Positions 38,428-53,848 of a DNA stretch of 64,000 nt are shown here, piece by piece (within the stretch, counting starts at the first letter, position 1; each line of letters begins with the position of its first letter). The DNA is from Eledone cirrhosa (lineage: Eukaryota). Where the stretch lies: contig OZ024740.1 in assembly GCA_964016885.1 (NCBI GenBank), positions 139,500,001 to 139,564,000 on the forward strand. Direction: 5' to 3'. The notes beneath the pieces were generated by a model that saw only the letters and a list, made by a program, of their open reading frames with translations, was not told the origin of the DNA and searched no databases. The translations under genes were made by a program, and so were the position numbers.

Positions 38428-39174
38428 GCAGTGGCCATACTCGATAACGAGGGGGCAACTAACATGTATGTATGTATGTATGTATGTATGTATGTATGTA
38501 TGTATGTATGTATGTATGTATGTATGTATGTATGTATGTATGTATGTATGTATGTATGTATCATATTGGTTAAGAGAGTGAGACTGGCTTTGTGCAGTGC
38601 CTTTGCTCACTATAAAAGCTTCACGGCACAGGTATTGATTTATATCTGGAGATCTCTCTGCACTTGTTGTCACATGGTACCATGGGCCCAGCACTATGTG
38701 TCAATGATTGTCACAAGTGTAGTGTTTATACCAGAGTTTTCAAGTCGCTGGCTGGACTAAAAAGTCACACTCGTTCAGCGCATCGGTAGGGGTTCTCCTA
38801 TATGGATATAAAGTAGTGGCCGTACTCGAAAACGAGTTGGCAGCCACCACCATGTATGTATGTATGTATGTATGTATGTATGTATGTATGTATGTATGTA
38901 TGTATGTATGTATGTATGTGCAGTGCCTTTGCTCACTATAACAGCTTCACGGCACAAACATTGCTTTATATCTGGAGATCTCTCTGCACTTGTCGTCACA
39001 TGGTACCATGGGCCCAGCACTATGTGTCAATAATTGTCACAAGTGTAGTGTTTGTACCAGAGTTTTCAAGTCGCTGGCTGGACTAAAAAGTCACACTTGT
39101 TCAACGCATCGGTAGGAGTTCTCCTACATGGATATAAAGTAGTGGCCGTACTCGAAAACGAGTTGGCAGCCACC
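38428..39174 (+). mobile_element. Three head-to-tail 5'-truncated copies of a (TATG)n-tailed repeat
   Basis: 38428-38462, 38561-38850 and 38917-39174 share the 3' end GTGGCC.TACTCGA.AACGAG..GGCA.C, and each is followed by (TATG)n. Confidence 0.75.
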
Positions 39175-40116
39175 ATGTATGTATGTATGTATGTATGTAT
39201 GTATGTTTTCTCTTTCTCTTAATTTCGAGTATATTTTTTTGACCGGTCACCTTCCTGGTGGCAAGGTTGTGTATGTATGTATGTATGTATGTATGCATGT
39301 ATGTATGTATCTATGTGTGAATGTATGTATGTGTGAATGTATGTGTGTGTGTGTGTGTGTGTATGTAGGTATGTATGTATGTGTGTTTTTATATATGTAT
39401 ATAAGTATATATGTATGTATGCATGTTTGCATGTTCATATGCATATGTATACTGTATTTATGTATGTTTATATGAATTTATGTTTTCTTACGTATGTGTG
39501 TTTGTTTATGTATTTATGTATGTATATATGTATATATGTATATATATGTATGCATATATATGTATGTTTATGTGTATGTATATATATATATATGTAATGT
39601 ATGTGTGAGTTTAATTTTTTTTTTTATGTAAGTATATTTGTATGTATGAATGTATATATGTGTATGTATTATATATGTGTGTGGTAAGATCTATTAAGTA
39701 ATTTTGTTTTAGAGTTAGATGACAAATTGTAATATATTGCCTTACTGTAATGTTACTGCTGTCGTTCTTTAGTCTTAGTATATGAAGGACTAAACATCTA
39801 AGATAAGTAGAACTCCTCTCACTCGAATACAAGTAAGAAAATGTCGTGTAATATGCAGGCCGTTGCACCGCTGGTAGTAGCCACATTTCTGTCGCAAACT
39901 TTAGGCCTCATTTAAACTGGTAATAGGCTCAGTTAAGATGTCAAACATAGGCCCCATTAAGTATTTTAGTAATCAGTGCTATTTGACTTATGTTTATCTT
40001 TTGTATATATATATATGTGTGTGTGTGCGTGCGTGCGTGTGTGTGTGTGTGTGTATGTGTGAGTGTGCCTGTGAGTGCATGAGTGTATGTGTGTGTGTAT
40101 ATATATATATAAATAC

Positions 40117-40148
<32 letters not shown>

Positions 40149-42110
40149 TTGTTTGTTTGTTAGCGTGTGTGCACGCGTGTGCGTGTGTATGTATAAGTGT
40201 GTGTGTGTGTAAATACAAACAAATATAACAGTGGATTGGCTTAATTTAACTCTTGCGAACAGACCCTCTTCTCTCCCACCACTATCTATTTTGGCCTAAT
40301 ATGGCATGTTTCCCTTGTCACGACCACCACAATGTAGATGTATGATCTGCTAGAATTAGCAGCCATCATTCCCTTTCAATTGCACTCCTCCATCTTAAGA
40401 GAAGACATGTGAATAATGTGATTATAAATATGTAATTTTTTTATTATATTTTTTTTAATGAGTACTCGTTACTTAGGGGCTAGTGTGTTCAGCTCACGAC
40501 AGTAAGGCTGTGAATTCCATTTCTGGAAGCACAATTTTTACTTGAGCAAGAGACTGTAATTCAAAGAGCCAGACTTCTTACACACTCTATGGCGATGATT
40601 CTCTCTGAGAACACGTTAAAAGTACACGTATCTCTGGAATTCTTAGCTACTTGCATGTTAATTTCACTGGAATTCTTTTCTGTTGATAAAGCAACTAGAA
40701 CAGTCACCTTCGTAACCGACGGAATCCCGACAACAACTATAAACAAAAAGACAAACAAAGCCAAGTTGTTGATGACTTGATTTCTTTTTGATCGTATGTT
40801 TGGTTGATCAGCACTGAACTTGGCAGGGTCGGTGCTACGATTTAGGCTTATCACTGCTTCATACTAATTTGTATTAAGAAAGTAAATACATAATTATTTC
40901 CTGAGTTCAATAAAGAAATCACTAAACATATTTACCATGTAGCAACCTTGAGGAAATATCCAAAAAGGTGGAGATAATCGGATTTGTCACATGCTTTGAA
41001 ATGAGTGACTAGAGTTTTTATGGAAATGCGAGCTTAATATTTTTCACATTGTGGTTACAGAGTAAAGTGTCCGAGGCTAGATTCGTCTACTTACCAAACT
41101 AATTATCTAGGTTCAACATTTTTTTCTAAACTGAGTTGAAAATATTTTATTTTGATACATAATTAGGATATATGGACGTACATTATACGGGATCGATAAA
41201 ATAAAGTACCAGTAATACACTGTATAATTACTGGCCTTGTGCCAAAAGTAAAAACAATTATAGATTTAATCCAATGTGCTAAATACACAACTGTAATTTT
41301 AAATTAGTTTATTTGAGAGAGTGGGGCACATAACTAAGAGAAAATAGGCGTATATTACAAAGACAGCAGCCGAGAGCAATAAATACCCAGACACCGGCTC
41401 TGGGCCAGGGGCTATGCACCAAACGATGACGACGACGCAATTCTGGAAAATGTTGATGATCGCCCCTGTTGTTTACTTTACTTCGTAGTAAATGAACTAC
41501 ATAGAGCGCTATAGGAGTTAATGTAATGTCTTCAAGACTCAAACTGCCAAGACGTACTGATTCCGGATTTGTTTATACAGCGCATCTCCTTAGGGATCCT
41601 CACACTTATTTCTACATTAACTATTGTTGTTGTTGGTGATGTCTTTTTGTGTTGCATTTTTATACTGTGTATTTATATATAATTATTTATATATGGGTGG
41701 TGTGTATGTATGTATATTTATATATATATATATGGATATATATATATATATGTGTGTGTGTAAGTATGTGTATACATATATACATACAAATATATATATG
41801 TGTGTTTGTATGTACATACATGTATGTGGTATTACTAAAACGACCACTTATATCATAATTATGTTCCATCTTTTAACCGTTCTTACCCCACAAACCTTAA
41901 AAAACAGTCACCTTAGCGCTGCTGGGCCTTTCGCTAATGGATTTTAACTTGTTAACGGTGGCGATATAGGGAAAACATACTGGGAAGGCAGGCGTTTCAC
42001 AGTGGATTGGATTAACGTCACCTACCCACCTCACCAATACTCCATATTCGCTCAAGGACAGGCTTAAATAAGTGCGTGTATGAATGAATGCATAGATATA
42101 GGTATGTATG

Positions 42111-42144
<34 letters not shown>

Positions 42145-42654
42145 TGTATGTATGTAGGCACTCTTGTTAGTGAATATATATATATATGGGGGCGGCCTTG
42201 TGAGTGGAATTTGGTAGCAGAAATTACAGAATCCTTCTACATATATTTATATATACATATACATATATGTATATATACATATACATATATGTATATATAC
42301 ATATTTGTGTGGTTGGGTGCGTGCTCATTTGTGTGTATTTTTATAAGCTTGTAAACATGGAAGCATTCACACAGGGACCCAACTGTGATTTACCCACATA
42401 GATGTCTTCCACCACGAGTGCATGTGTAAATATATAAATGGGTGTGTAGATATATATATTGGTAATAGATATGTAAGTCGTAGGAAGATTTACTTTTAAC
42501 TGTATTTTTTTTCCGAAGAGAAAATATTTTCAAGCGATAGTTATCTCCCCTATATCACCCTTTTCATTTCGGGATTTTTCTCGTTTTTCCTCGTCTTTTC
42601 TCGCGAATGCTTTTGCAAAATCTTGTGCTGAGATTCCTGGAATATCGCGTCTAT

Positions 42655-42780
42655 ATATATATAGAAATAACAAATCAAACAACACAGTATAATAAAGAAA
42701 TATTTTATTAGTTTTAAGCTTGATATAGGAGGAAAAGAGTCTTAAAGTTTCGGATGCTAGTCCTTCATCAGAAAATAAAA
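42655..42780 (-). mobile_element. Penelope-like 3' end with a hammerhead-like core
   Basis: Minus strand CTGATGA-aGGActagcaTCC-GAAAC, then AATAAA and (TA)n. Stems I and III are poor. A related fragment lies near 8055-8210 (+). Confidence 0.45.
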
Positions 42781-43076
42781 TGAGAAATTAAAGTAAAAAT
42801 AGAAACATTGAGGAGATGGGCAGTGAGGAAAACGGAAAAAAAAATGATAGAGAAAAAATATATATATTGGTAATCTGCGGTACTGGGACCAGGCAGACCA
42901 CAATAATAGAAGTACTCGATGCATGTTATGATGCAGAGAAGTTATATTAGTAAAAGTACCACCAGGTTGCGATTTCGGCTAGTTACCTCTTCCCAAGAGA
43001 CGAGGTAACTATCAGAAAATACCGAGCTTGCAGTAGATCCTCAACCTTTACTAATATATATATATATAATTATATA

Positions 43077-43410
43077 CAGTGTAACCGGGCATTCGCGGTC
43101 CCGACATCCGATCACGGTTATTCGCGGAATTTTCCTTAGAACTTAACTAATAATTGTTCATGAAAAACACCGCATATTTGTGGAATCGTAAATATCTTCC
43201 GAGATTTTTTATAGCTTTTTGCGTGGCAATATATATTTTTTCACGTTTTTAAACGCTAAGTTTAACAATATACCGTATTTACCGGCCTATATTTTACGCT
43301 ATGTTTTCACCTTTATAGGCATTTTTATGGACAACATCCAATATTCACGGTTTTTCACTCTTCGTTGGTGCTCTAGTAAAGTAACCCTTGCGAATACCGG
43401 GGGACAACTA
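43077..43410. mobile_element. Possible Tc1/pogo-type MITE in TA context
   Basis: Imperfect TIRs CAGTGTAACCGGGCATTCGCG and GCGAATACCGGGGGACAACTA, with TA flanks. Confidence 0.35.
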
Positions 43411-43831
43411 TATATATATATATACATTCATAAAAAATAAGTAACCTAGGTAAATGAAGGGTTCCGCTAGAATTATATAACTATCACCATGTGATGTGAA
43501 TCTTACCTGACAGTAGTATATGCTATATTTTGGTCCAAATCAGTTCTCATACATATATATTCGTTGTGAGATGTGAATTCGGTCGTGAAGCAGACAATAA
43601 AATTGATATAAGAAAAGAAGAAAAGAAAACAGGATGAAGTTAGATCATTTTATTTCTCTTACGAGTTTTTCTTTTGTTTTGTTTTTTTCGTTGATATGAG
43701 GAATTGTACATGCTTCGCGGCCTGCGATTATGCAATTCAGCGTAACCCTTATGAAAATTACCGGAGAAAGCATGACAACGGAAACAAGTGTAGGTGAAAC
43801 AAAACGATGTTACTTCATCTTCATTTCCCTT

Positions 43832-43915
<84 letters not shown>

Positions 43916-44006
43916 AGTAGAAGGGGTATTTAATTTGTTGGAAGTCCGACAAATATAATTGTTTATAACTGATTTAGAGCACTCAACAGCTCCTGGAGTA
44001 AATATT

Positions 44007-44440
<434 letters not shown>

Positions 44441-46069
44441 CTCCATGTCTAAGTCTGTATGTATATATGTTACACAGAAAAAAAAAACCTATTGAAATTT
44501 TAATCTTAAAGACAACCATATAACCGGGTGGGCACTGGTGAAACGAACCGCAAGTAAATAATTCAGATAGCTACCACAAACATCTCGAAACAATTAATGG
44601 GGATAATTTGTTGGTGGTTTCTTCTGTTAGGGCATTTCTTCTTCTTACATAGCTGTCGTTGTTATTTTGTTGTTGTTTTAGCGAATTGTATTTTCATTCA
44701 TGTTATTTATTTCGGATTTCTTCATTTACTTCTGAGATCTTTAGTTTCTTTTATTTCTATTTTAATCATTATTTTCATTCTTTAAATTTTTTTTTTTTAA
44801 GTACTTTGGTGGCCAATTTGCAGAATCATTACATAATCAGATTAAACTTCACAGTATGTGTTCATGCTCCCTGCGCTCTCAGTTCAAATCCCGCCATTTG
44901 TCTTTTTCTCGGGTGGATTGTTGAAGTAGTTAAATAATCGAATAACCCGCTTTGTGATATCTGTTTAAAGTCAGTTGTCTTTCTTAACGGCTAGCTATTA
45001 TTACTAGTTTTTTTTTCTTTTTCAATTCTTACGTACCCCTCTATGATTATTTCTCTAGCCATCTCTATATCTTTCTTTCCCTAGTTCTATATCTGCCATT
45101 AAAGGATGACGAATTGGCAGAGATTAGTGGTATTCTTTCCGCTTTCTGCACTCTGAGTTCAAATCCCACCAGGGTCAACTTTGCCTTTCATTCTTTCATT
45201 GTCAATACAATAAAGTACCCGCCCAGTAGTGGGATCGAACCTCTTTTTTTTTCTCACATTCTCTCCCCCCTCTCTTTTCTTCTCTCTGAAAGAAATCAGC
45301 TGTGTTCGGAACTGGTGAGTAATGGACTCCGCCAGGTTTTTAAAACAATGCCCAAAACAGACCCTGGCGACGGCACCCTAACTACTCCATGTTTTCTTTA
45401 AAGCCTATTTCTCGTCTATTCGTATATTCGGAACTCCGGTGAAGAAGAGGACCTTGTATTTTCACAATGAGAAAAGACCTGTAATTTAAGCTAAATGCTC
45501 CACCAGAATAACCAGCTAGGCTGTCTTGCGCTGAACACAAGGATGGCTCACTACAAAGCTAGCGCCCGACATAGAAAGATGCCTATTCAGAGCCACTGCT
45601 ACTATTAAAGTAACTAGACAGCTGCCAAGGGTGCCAACCTCAGAAAGGCGCATTACCGAACATTGGGATCAGTTTTATACAAATGTGCATAATTAAATTT
45701 AATAATTAAAAAAAAATCAAAGTATAGTCGTCAAATATCTTTGCCGCGTAGCAACAAGTTATGACTTGTGGCATGATTCGGCGTGGGTGAGTGTAGACTC
45801 TGTATTGAAAACGCAGGCTTAGTAATTTTCTTACGGTGTTCAGAGCAAGTAATGTCAAAACCTAATTTCGTCAGCTTAACAAACTTAATAAGTTGAAATC
45901 ATTTTATGAGGTGCGTAACTGGGAGAAAAGGGCGCAAAATTACGAATTCCCTCTTGTACTAATAGACAAGACTGACTACGATGGAAATTTATATACATCC
46001 ATCATACACACACACACATATCCTTTCGCTATATGTCTCTCCACCACTCCCCTACACACCTTTTGTACT

Positions 46070-46195
46070 CTCACCTGAAGAAGGGCTTATGCCCGAAACG
46101 TCGTCCCCCACCTACCCCCCACTCTCCTGAGCGTGAATTTAATAAACATTTATCGTACTGCCTCTCTGTTCTGTCCCTGTTCAATTTTTCATTAT
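46070..46195 (+). mobile_element. Penelope-like 3' end with a minimal hammerhead core
   Basis: CTGAAGA-aGGGCttatGCCC-GAAACGTCGTC (46075-46105), AATAAA at 46141, then (TA)n. Stem I is not evident. Confidence 0.55.
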
Positions 46196-46598
46196 ATATA
46201 TATATATATATATACTCAAGAGCTGGCTCTGAATGTACCAGGTCTTACAGGTTCCAATGTTAAATTATACAGTATACATTATAAGGCAATTGTCTAGAAA
46301 GAAGTTGTTCACATCTGCAGAGCAGCTGATTTTTACAACATCGTATGCTATATTACTTTTGTTTCAAAAGTCATTACACCACACACACAAAGAGACAAAT
46401 ACATGGGTGTGTGTATATATATCTATGTGTGTGGAAGTGTGTGTATATGTGTGTGTGCATGTACACATGTAAGGGTGCGTGTATGTCTGCGTGAATACGA
46501 GTCGCGTTTATATCTCTTTAAAATTCTCCAACAATTAAGAATTCCCTCTTGTACCAATACACAAAACTGACTTCGTCTGAAATTTATACACGTGTATG

Positions 46599-46629
<31 letters not shown>

Positions 46630-46743
46630 GTGTGTGTTTGTGTGTGAATGTGTGTACGTAGTTTTTAAGGTATGCATGCAAGATGTATTCATCTCTCTCT
46701 TCCCCTGTCTCTTCCCCCATCTCTCGCTCTCTGTGTATATATA

Positions 46744-46809
<66 letters not shown>

Positions 46810-48238
46810 GGTTAATAATTTAATAGGATAAATATTTAATAATCTAATTTTTAGATCTCTGTGGGGCATGGTGTGAGCGTGTTTTCCTCTTTAAATCTTT
46901 TATATTTACTTACCATTTATCTGATTCTTCGTCTTCTCTATTCTTGACGTCTGTGTTTCTTTTTATTTTATACTCTTTTTAAAGTAGAAACAATTATTTT
47001 GTGTTATTTTCAAATTAGACATTTTTTTCTTTCTCTTCTTTATTCCAAATTATCTTTGTGCTCCCCATCCTAACTTTGTGCTGAAAAGAGTCTCAGAGAT
47101 CGAAATATCGATAGTTTCAGATAGACAGTTTAGTTTATTTTAACCCTTTTGATACTAAGTTATATGGAACCCATCTTGGTTTTGTGATTTAAAACTGCTC
47201 ATATTAAACTCCTTTCAACCTAATTTTATATAAAAGCTTTTGACAAATTATGCTCCAAATTTGAGCTTACATATCAAAAACTAAATTTCATCCAAATTAA
47301 TTGAATCACATGACAGTGTATATCATTAGAAATATGGTAGCAAAAAGGTTAAATAATATTCTTGGTTAGATTTGTTTGCTTTAATATTGCTGTAATTTAA
47401 GAGAATGTTGTTACTGTTGTTTAGATCAGGGCTGGCTGTGATTATGCCGTCTAGTGTAACTTCATTTCGCGGACCACTTGGTATATTGTGTCTTTGAGCA
47501 AGGAACTTCTTTCCACTTCATTCCATCAACTGAAAAATAATTACCCGCAACATCTGGGGGTTAAGGTCTGTAGGGACTAACGTTCAATCCAGAGAGGAGT
47601 CGTGTATTTTCAGTCTCTTAGTAATAGAAAATATCACAAAACAAGTTCGTTAATTTAAATATTTATAGTATCCTTAGTTTTGCATAGAATATTATGAAAA
47701 TTTGCAGTAAACTGAATAATTTGATTTTAATACGAAGCTGGCATAGTGCTCTTTTGTACTTTTCAAGAATATCTTGTTAATGCGAGTTCATTCGTCCAGG
47801 ACTGATGTCGGAATAATGTCGATAGTAGTATTCATTTTAAATTAAAATGAAATCTCAGTGGTTCAACTTTTTAATGAATTTTCACATGGACACCTCACTA
47901 TATTTACTCGCCTGCCAAATTGTTATACGGTAAGAATAACAAACGAAAGAAAGAAATGATTATACTTAGAGAAGAATTGATACCAAATAGTGTGCACATA
48001 TTATGCTTTTAATAAACACTTGGAATTTTGAACTTAGCTCACGGAGTCCGAGTACAATCTTTGTAGAGCTGAGGCTGAGAATCGATGTAAGCTACTGCAA
48101 CAATACCCAGCTGGTGACTAACTTTTGTTTACTAATGAATCATTTAAATTAACCTCTGGGAAAAACCGACGATGCACTAACGATGTAACTCAAATGCTCA
48201 GTGCCGTTGATATAAATCTCACCATTTTTAACTACCAC

Positions 48239-48479
48239 CTGGGCCGGCGCTACCATATAGGCAACCTAGGCAGTAACAAAACAATTTTGAAAAATAAATG
48301 AATAAATTTCAGCTTTATTTAGGGTCGTTTTTTTATCCTGGTTTATTTCATACAGGGAAAAATAAATGTTGAAATTTAAAAAAAAAAATGTATTGTTTAT
48401 AAATTTTGAAATTGATATTTTCCTTGGAGTGGGGGTGCAGAATCTAACCTTGGTGCCAGATAGTCTGGCGTTAGCCCTG
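48239..48479. mobile_element. hAT-type MITE with 8-bp TSD
   Basis: TSD ACTACCAC at 48231-48238 and 48480-48487; imperfect TIRs CTGGGCCGGCGCTA and TGGCGTTAGCCCTG. Confidence 0.8.
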
Positions 48480-49928
48480 ACTACCACGTTACTACGAGTT
48501 AAACCTATAGGTAGTTAGAATGTTGGACCAGAAGGCACAATGTGTTCTTGAGCAAGACGTTTCATTCCACGTCGCTTTTCATGATAGGACTGAGGCCCCT
48601 ATAATTAAAATATCCGAGAAATCTCCTACGTGATGCAACATCGTATGGGGCCAGGTAAACCTGCACATATATGAGCTGTGAACATCATTTGTTTTTCCGG
48701 TATGCGTTGAAAAATGTTCCAAAAATGTTTATACCGTAACTATGTGTGATTTATATCACACAAAACGACTGATATACATCACCAGGAACAAGATGCATAA
48801 TGTCATAAACGTGAATGAAATTCGACAATATACACACGAGAGAAATCTCATTAAAAAGTGTCAGTTCATGATGATGGATTAGTGGAGTTGGTAGAGGGCT
48901 TTGCAGCTTTCGGTCCAGTATTTTTCTGTTCTTAGTTTAAATTCAGCTGAGGCTTACAAGAAAGGAAGGCTTATTCCCCCGCCCAGTTTCTCAGCGCTAC
49001 TTGATACTTAACCGTATATAGTGAAATCTACTCTGCTACGAGTATTCGGATCAGGACGGTCGTTGATTTGAGGATCCCCTCTTTCCTCTTTGTTATCTGT
49101 TATAGATGTCCTGAAAAACGGTCTCGGCCACTGCCCTTCCCATCGTGACTGAACAGACAAAAGAAAACAAAATAGAAGCAGTAAAATAATTGATATATCT
49201 TGTGATTTTTCTTTTTACTAAAATCTATTTAGTTTGGAATCAAGGTGCAAATTCTTACGCTATTATATGAAGCTCAGAAGCAACTAGGAATATGAATGAA
49301 GGAAGTGATATTTCGTGAGTCTAAGGGAAAGAAATGATGGCCCAGTTGAGATAGTAAGACTATATATCATAGTAACTAATGTTTGCTATCATTCCAGAGA
49401 CGAAACTTGTTAGAAATACGATATTAAAGTTTACTAGGGGAGATGGAATAGTGAGTGACACCTTTAGCTACCAAGAAAACTCCCGCAACCCAGTGATGTA
49501 ACTACAACGAGGGGAGTAAAGGGTAACTCTAAAAGGGCTGAGTCTTTTGGGTACTGGCGCAAATAAGACCACCAAAACTGCATTATGGTTAGACCAACTG
49601 GAGTTGTTTGCTTCTGACAAGACCTGTTGGTAGGCGCACTTGATGATGATGATGATGATGATGATGATGAGGAAGGGGAAGAAGAAGAAGAAGAAGAAGA
49701 AGAAGAAGAAGAAGAAGAAGAAGAAGAGCAGTGTCCTCCGAGAGATGAAATCCCTATGGTCAGAAGGAGGTAGTAGTGAGAAATATTACGTTAGCTGACT
49801 GATCGGATGCAAAATGTGCTGTGTCAAATTACAGGAAAGAAGAGCGCAAAGTAGGGGCGTGTCGCATATACGTATACATATATAGATACTCACATATCAT
49901 TGTATGTATGTAGATGTATATACATATA

Positions 49929-49961
<33 letters not shown>

Positions 49962-50299
49962 CTCTCTGTGTGTGTGTTTGTCTGTGTGTCTGTGTCTGTG
50001 TTTGTGTCTGTGTGTGTGTCTGTGTGTGTTTGTCTCTGTGTGTGCGTGTGTGTGTAGTTGGGTTTTCAATATTATTGCCTGGATGGAACAAATACCAGAT
50101 GCAATTACAACATCACAGTCGGGAGTGAATGAATTCCATTATATTTTCAAAATACGACGTATGTTTGATGAAATCGTTCCTGGAGCCTATAGTGATATTT
50201 GTAACACGTCAAAATTTCAGAAGAATACAGAAAATGAGGTTAACACAGAGGATTTATAAACATATATTTTTGTTTCATTCTTGATATGTTTTCTTGTGA

Positions 50300-51590
50300 C
50301 CAAAGCCGAGACTACCAAAAGATTTTGCTGCCTTTCTAATCTTTGGGGATATTTCTGAATCCAATGGTCAATCCAAGGTGTATGAAATATTCAACAAACA
50401 TAAGAAGATTACCTTCCACACATATTCTAGGCTGTTGCACATCTTGAACAGGTACAGGTTGATACTAAACTACAGTTTTCTTTAAATTTATAGTTAAGCC
50501 AAATATATCACATGCCGAATCAAATGTAATCCATGCAGAGTATAACTGGCAAAGTTAGTCATCAGCATACAGTAGGTCTTTTATTAGTGAGGTGAACACT
50601 TTGCTTTTCAAGTTCATCCTTGCTAAATTAAATTCGTGTGATATCTTACATATACCCCTTCATTTTTGTTTTGGAAAGCATGATAGCGCTTGGTATATTA
50701 CAAATAGATGGAGCAAAGTACATTATAAAGAGAGAGTGGGTGCATCAAGATCTCCCTGTATCACACCACTTTCTACTCAAAAGGCTCAAAGTGTGTGCCC
50801 CCAAGATAACTCTGGCTTTCATATCTTTATATATTTTCATATCTTTCAATATATTTACGAACTTTTGAGGGCATCAAAATTTAGACAAAACCAACCATGA
50901 GGCATTCCTATTAAGAATATCAAATACTTAACCTTGATTAGCAAAACAGTGGTAGAGAGCGAGATTATGTTCAATAACTTTTTTCCTGCAGTTGTCTGAT
51001 TGCGAAGACCTATCGCTAACGCCTCTTTCCGTATTGACATTATGACCTTTTTAAGCCGTTACAAAAAGAAACTTGCAAGAACCATACCGACAACAGACAA
51101 TAGGGACATTTCCCTAACATTGGCCCCGGATTTGAAAAGGGAGGTCAAGATGGCATCAACTCCGTCTTGTGGTAGTTCTTCTGACTATGGAATATACAGC
51201 CTGTAAAAGTTCTACCATTTTCTCACATCCATGCATTAATACCATCCAGACCAGGAGATTTGCTCGTCTTTAATTTCTGTACAGCAAAACCAATATAATT
51301 TCTAGTTGATTTTGGTGCATTTCATCTACAATTGGGTAGTTTTTCATTGATTTCTATAATATTCATATTGACATTAGCGGGCCTGTTAAGGAGCTCAGGG
51401 AAGTGTTCTACTCAACGGTTCTGAATGAGTGACCATCTGTTTTTGAAAAGAATTGTGTACCATACATTTCTTTAATGTAGGAGTAAAATAGCTTAGTATC
51501 TTTGTAATCTACTGCCTCTTGTGCTAGCTTGGTTTTGTCCTGCCATCATTGCAGCTTAATATTTCTCAAAACGTTTTGCACTTTCTTTTT
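50300..51590 (-). mobile_element. Highly decayed RTE-like LINE RT fragment
   Basis: Remnants AILTSLFK, SLLSVVG.VLA, FAIRQLQEK and GDLDAPTLFIMYF on the minus strand. Confidence 0.6.
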
Positions 51591-51781
51591 GGTCATATAA
51601 GAGTCATTACAATTAGGATTGATTGAACAAGAAAGACATTTTTGACATATATTGTTATTTTTCTTATATTAATATTACTAAATGGGAATATATGATAGCA
51701 ACAGTAACATTGATGCTACTGTTGGGGGAGGGGGGATACTATTCATTTATACATGCCATGCCTTGGGCCATTATCTCTTGA

Positions 51782-51969
51782 GGGCGGTGAATTGGCAGTA
51801 TCGGTAGAGGGTTGGACGCCATGCTTTCTAGCATAGTTACGTCCCATTACAGTCTGAGTTAAAATCCCGCCGAGGTTAACTTTGCCTTTCATCCTTACGG
51901 GGTCGATAAAATAAAGTACCAGTAATGTACTGGTGAATTGCTGGTCTTGTGCCTAAAGTAGAAACAATC
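51782..51969 (+). mobile_element. S1 SINE with 9-bp TSD
   Basis: Full-length; TSD ATCTCTTGA at 51773-51781 and 51970-51978. Confidence 0.88.
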
Positions 51970-52415
51970 ATCTCTTGATGGGGTCGCTGTCTTAAGCATT
52001 TAAACTTGGTGGACCCCACCCATATCCACATTCACACACAGCTTATTGATTCCAGAGATAGAGAGATAGAAAGAAAGTAATATAGAAAAAGAATCAACCT
52101 CGTCATCGGCGGTTATTTATTTATTTATTGCTCTCGAAAGGATGAAAGGAGAAGTTGACATTGGCGACGATTATAAATCAGAGTGTAGAGAGCCGACAAG
52201 AAAACCACAAAGTATTCTATCCATCGTTTTAAAGACTCGGCCAGTTTACCGCCTTCTTAATCTATACCTTACGTAAAGCAGCATTGTTAGCACTGGCTGA
52301 CTGCGAACTTTGGAACTTGTTCATGATCCCCGGTGTGAAACATTGCGACATTAGCTGCTAAGTTCTTCCATATAGGTACCAAGAGCAGATATTTTTCTCT
52401 CGCCCCATTTCTCTT

Positions 52416-52479
<64 letters not shown>

Positions 52480-52629
52480 TCACTATCTCTCTCTCTCTTT
52501 TTCCCCTCTCTTTCAACAGCATGATATTATTTCGTATTGCCATTTTAGTGTATATTTAGTAGCGTGTGTGTGTGTATGTATACACACACATATTTATATA
52601 TATGTATAAATACATAGAGAGGAATACAT

Positions 52630-52718
<89 letters not shown>

Positions 52719-52729
52719 TATATCTATCT

Positions 52730-52766
<37 letters not shown>

Positions 52767-53027
52767 GAGTGTGTGTATATATATATGTATATATGCAGAC
52801 ACCAGCTCAAATTGTTAAATAATATTTACAGAGTAAACGTGACTTTAATATGGAAAACATTAAAGGGGACTAGTGTTATTCCAATATATGTAACCAGATG
52901 TTACTTCTGTGTTTATTTGTTCATGTGTTTTGTCTTAAAGTATCAGAGACAGTTTTATTTAAATGGAGTTAACAGTCACTCATGTATATATATATATATA
53001 TATATATATATCCACCTACCCACACCC

Positions 53028-53154
<127 letters not shown>

Positions 53155-53326
53155 CATATATATATTTATATATATATATATATTTAGGTTAGTTGGTTCA
53201 CCACTGGATAGAACTGGTCATTCCGTATGGTCAATCTCGATGTAATATTACGGAGAGTACTCAACGTAATGCAACTCACCCGTCTTCGTTTGTGTCGTTG
53301 GTGGTGCGAGTACGGAGTTAATTATT

Positions 53327-53696
53327 ATAAAATAACAGGAGGCTGGACTGGTGTAAATCCTTGAAAGGTTTGTTACACCATGATCATTTCAATGACCGGG
53401 TTCGGTTTGAATCCGGTGATATCATCAGGTATTCGAAATATAACAAAGGAATGTAACAGATAAAATCCATGGGGCTGAAAATCAGAGACAAGAGGACGAC
53501 CAACTATTTAGCAGCTTCTACCTCAGCTTCTACCTCTCTGATTTTCAGCCCCATGGATTTTATCTGTTATATTCCTTTGTTATATTTCGAATACCTGATG
53601 ATATCACCGGATTCATACCGAACCCGGTCATTGAAATGATCATGGTATAATAAACCTTTCAAGGATTTACAACAGTCCAGCCTCCTGTTATTTTAT
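53327..53696. mobile_element. Fold-back element (about 160-bp arms, 46-bp loop) with hammerhead-like motifs in both arms
   Basis: 53327-53488 is inverted at 53535-53696. Motif at 53591-53648: ATAC-CTGATGA-stem II-GAAA-TgatcA-TG-GTAT. Confidence 0.85.
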
Positions 53697-53722
53697 TTAT
53701 ACATATATATATATATACATAT

Positions 53723-53848
<126 letters not shown>

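Noticed and set aside
47080-47115. CTGAAAA...GAAA hammerhead-like string
   Set aside because: C3-A8 mismatch and no convincing stems I or III.
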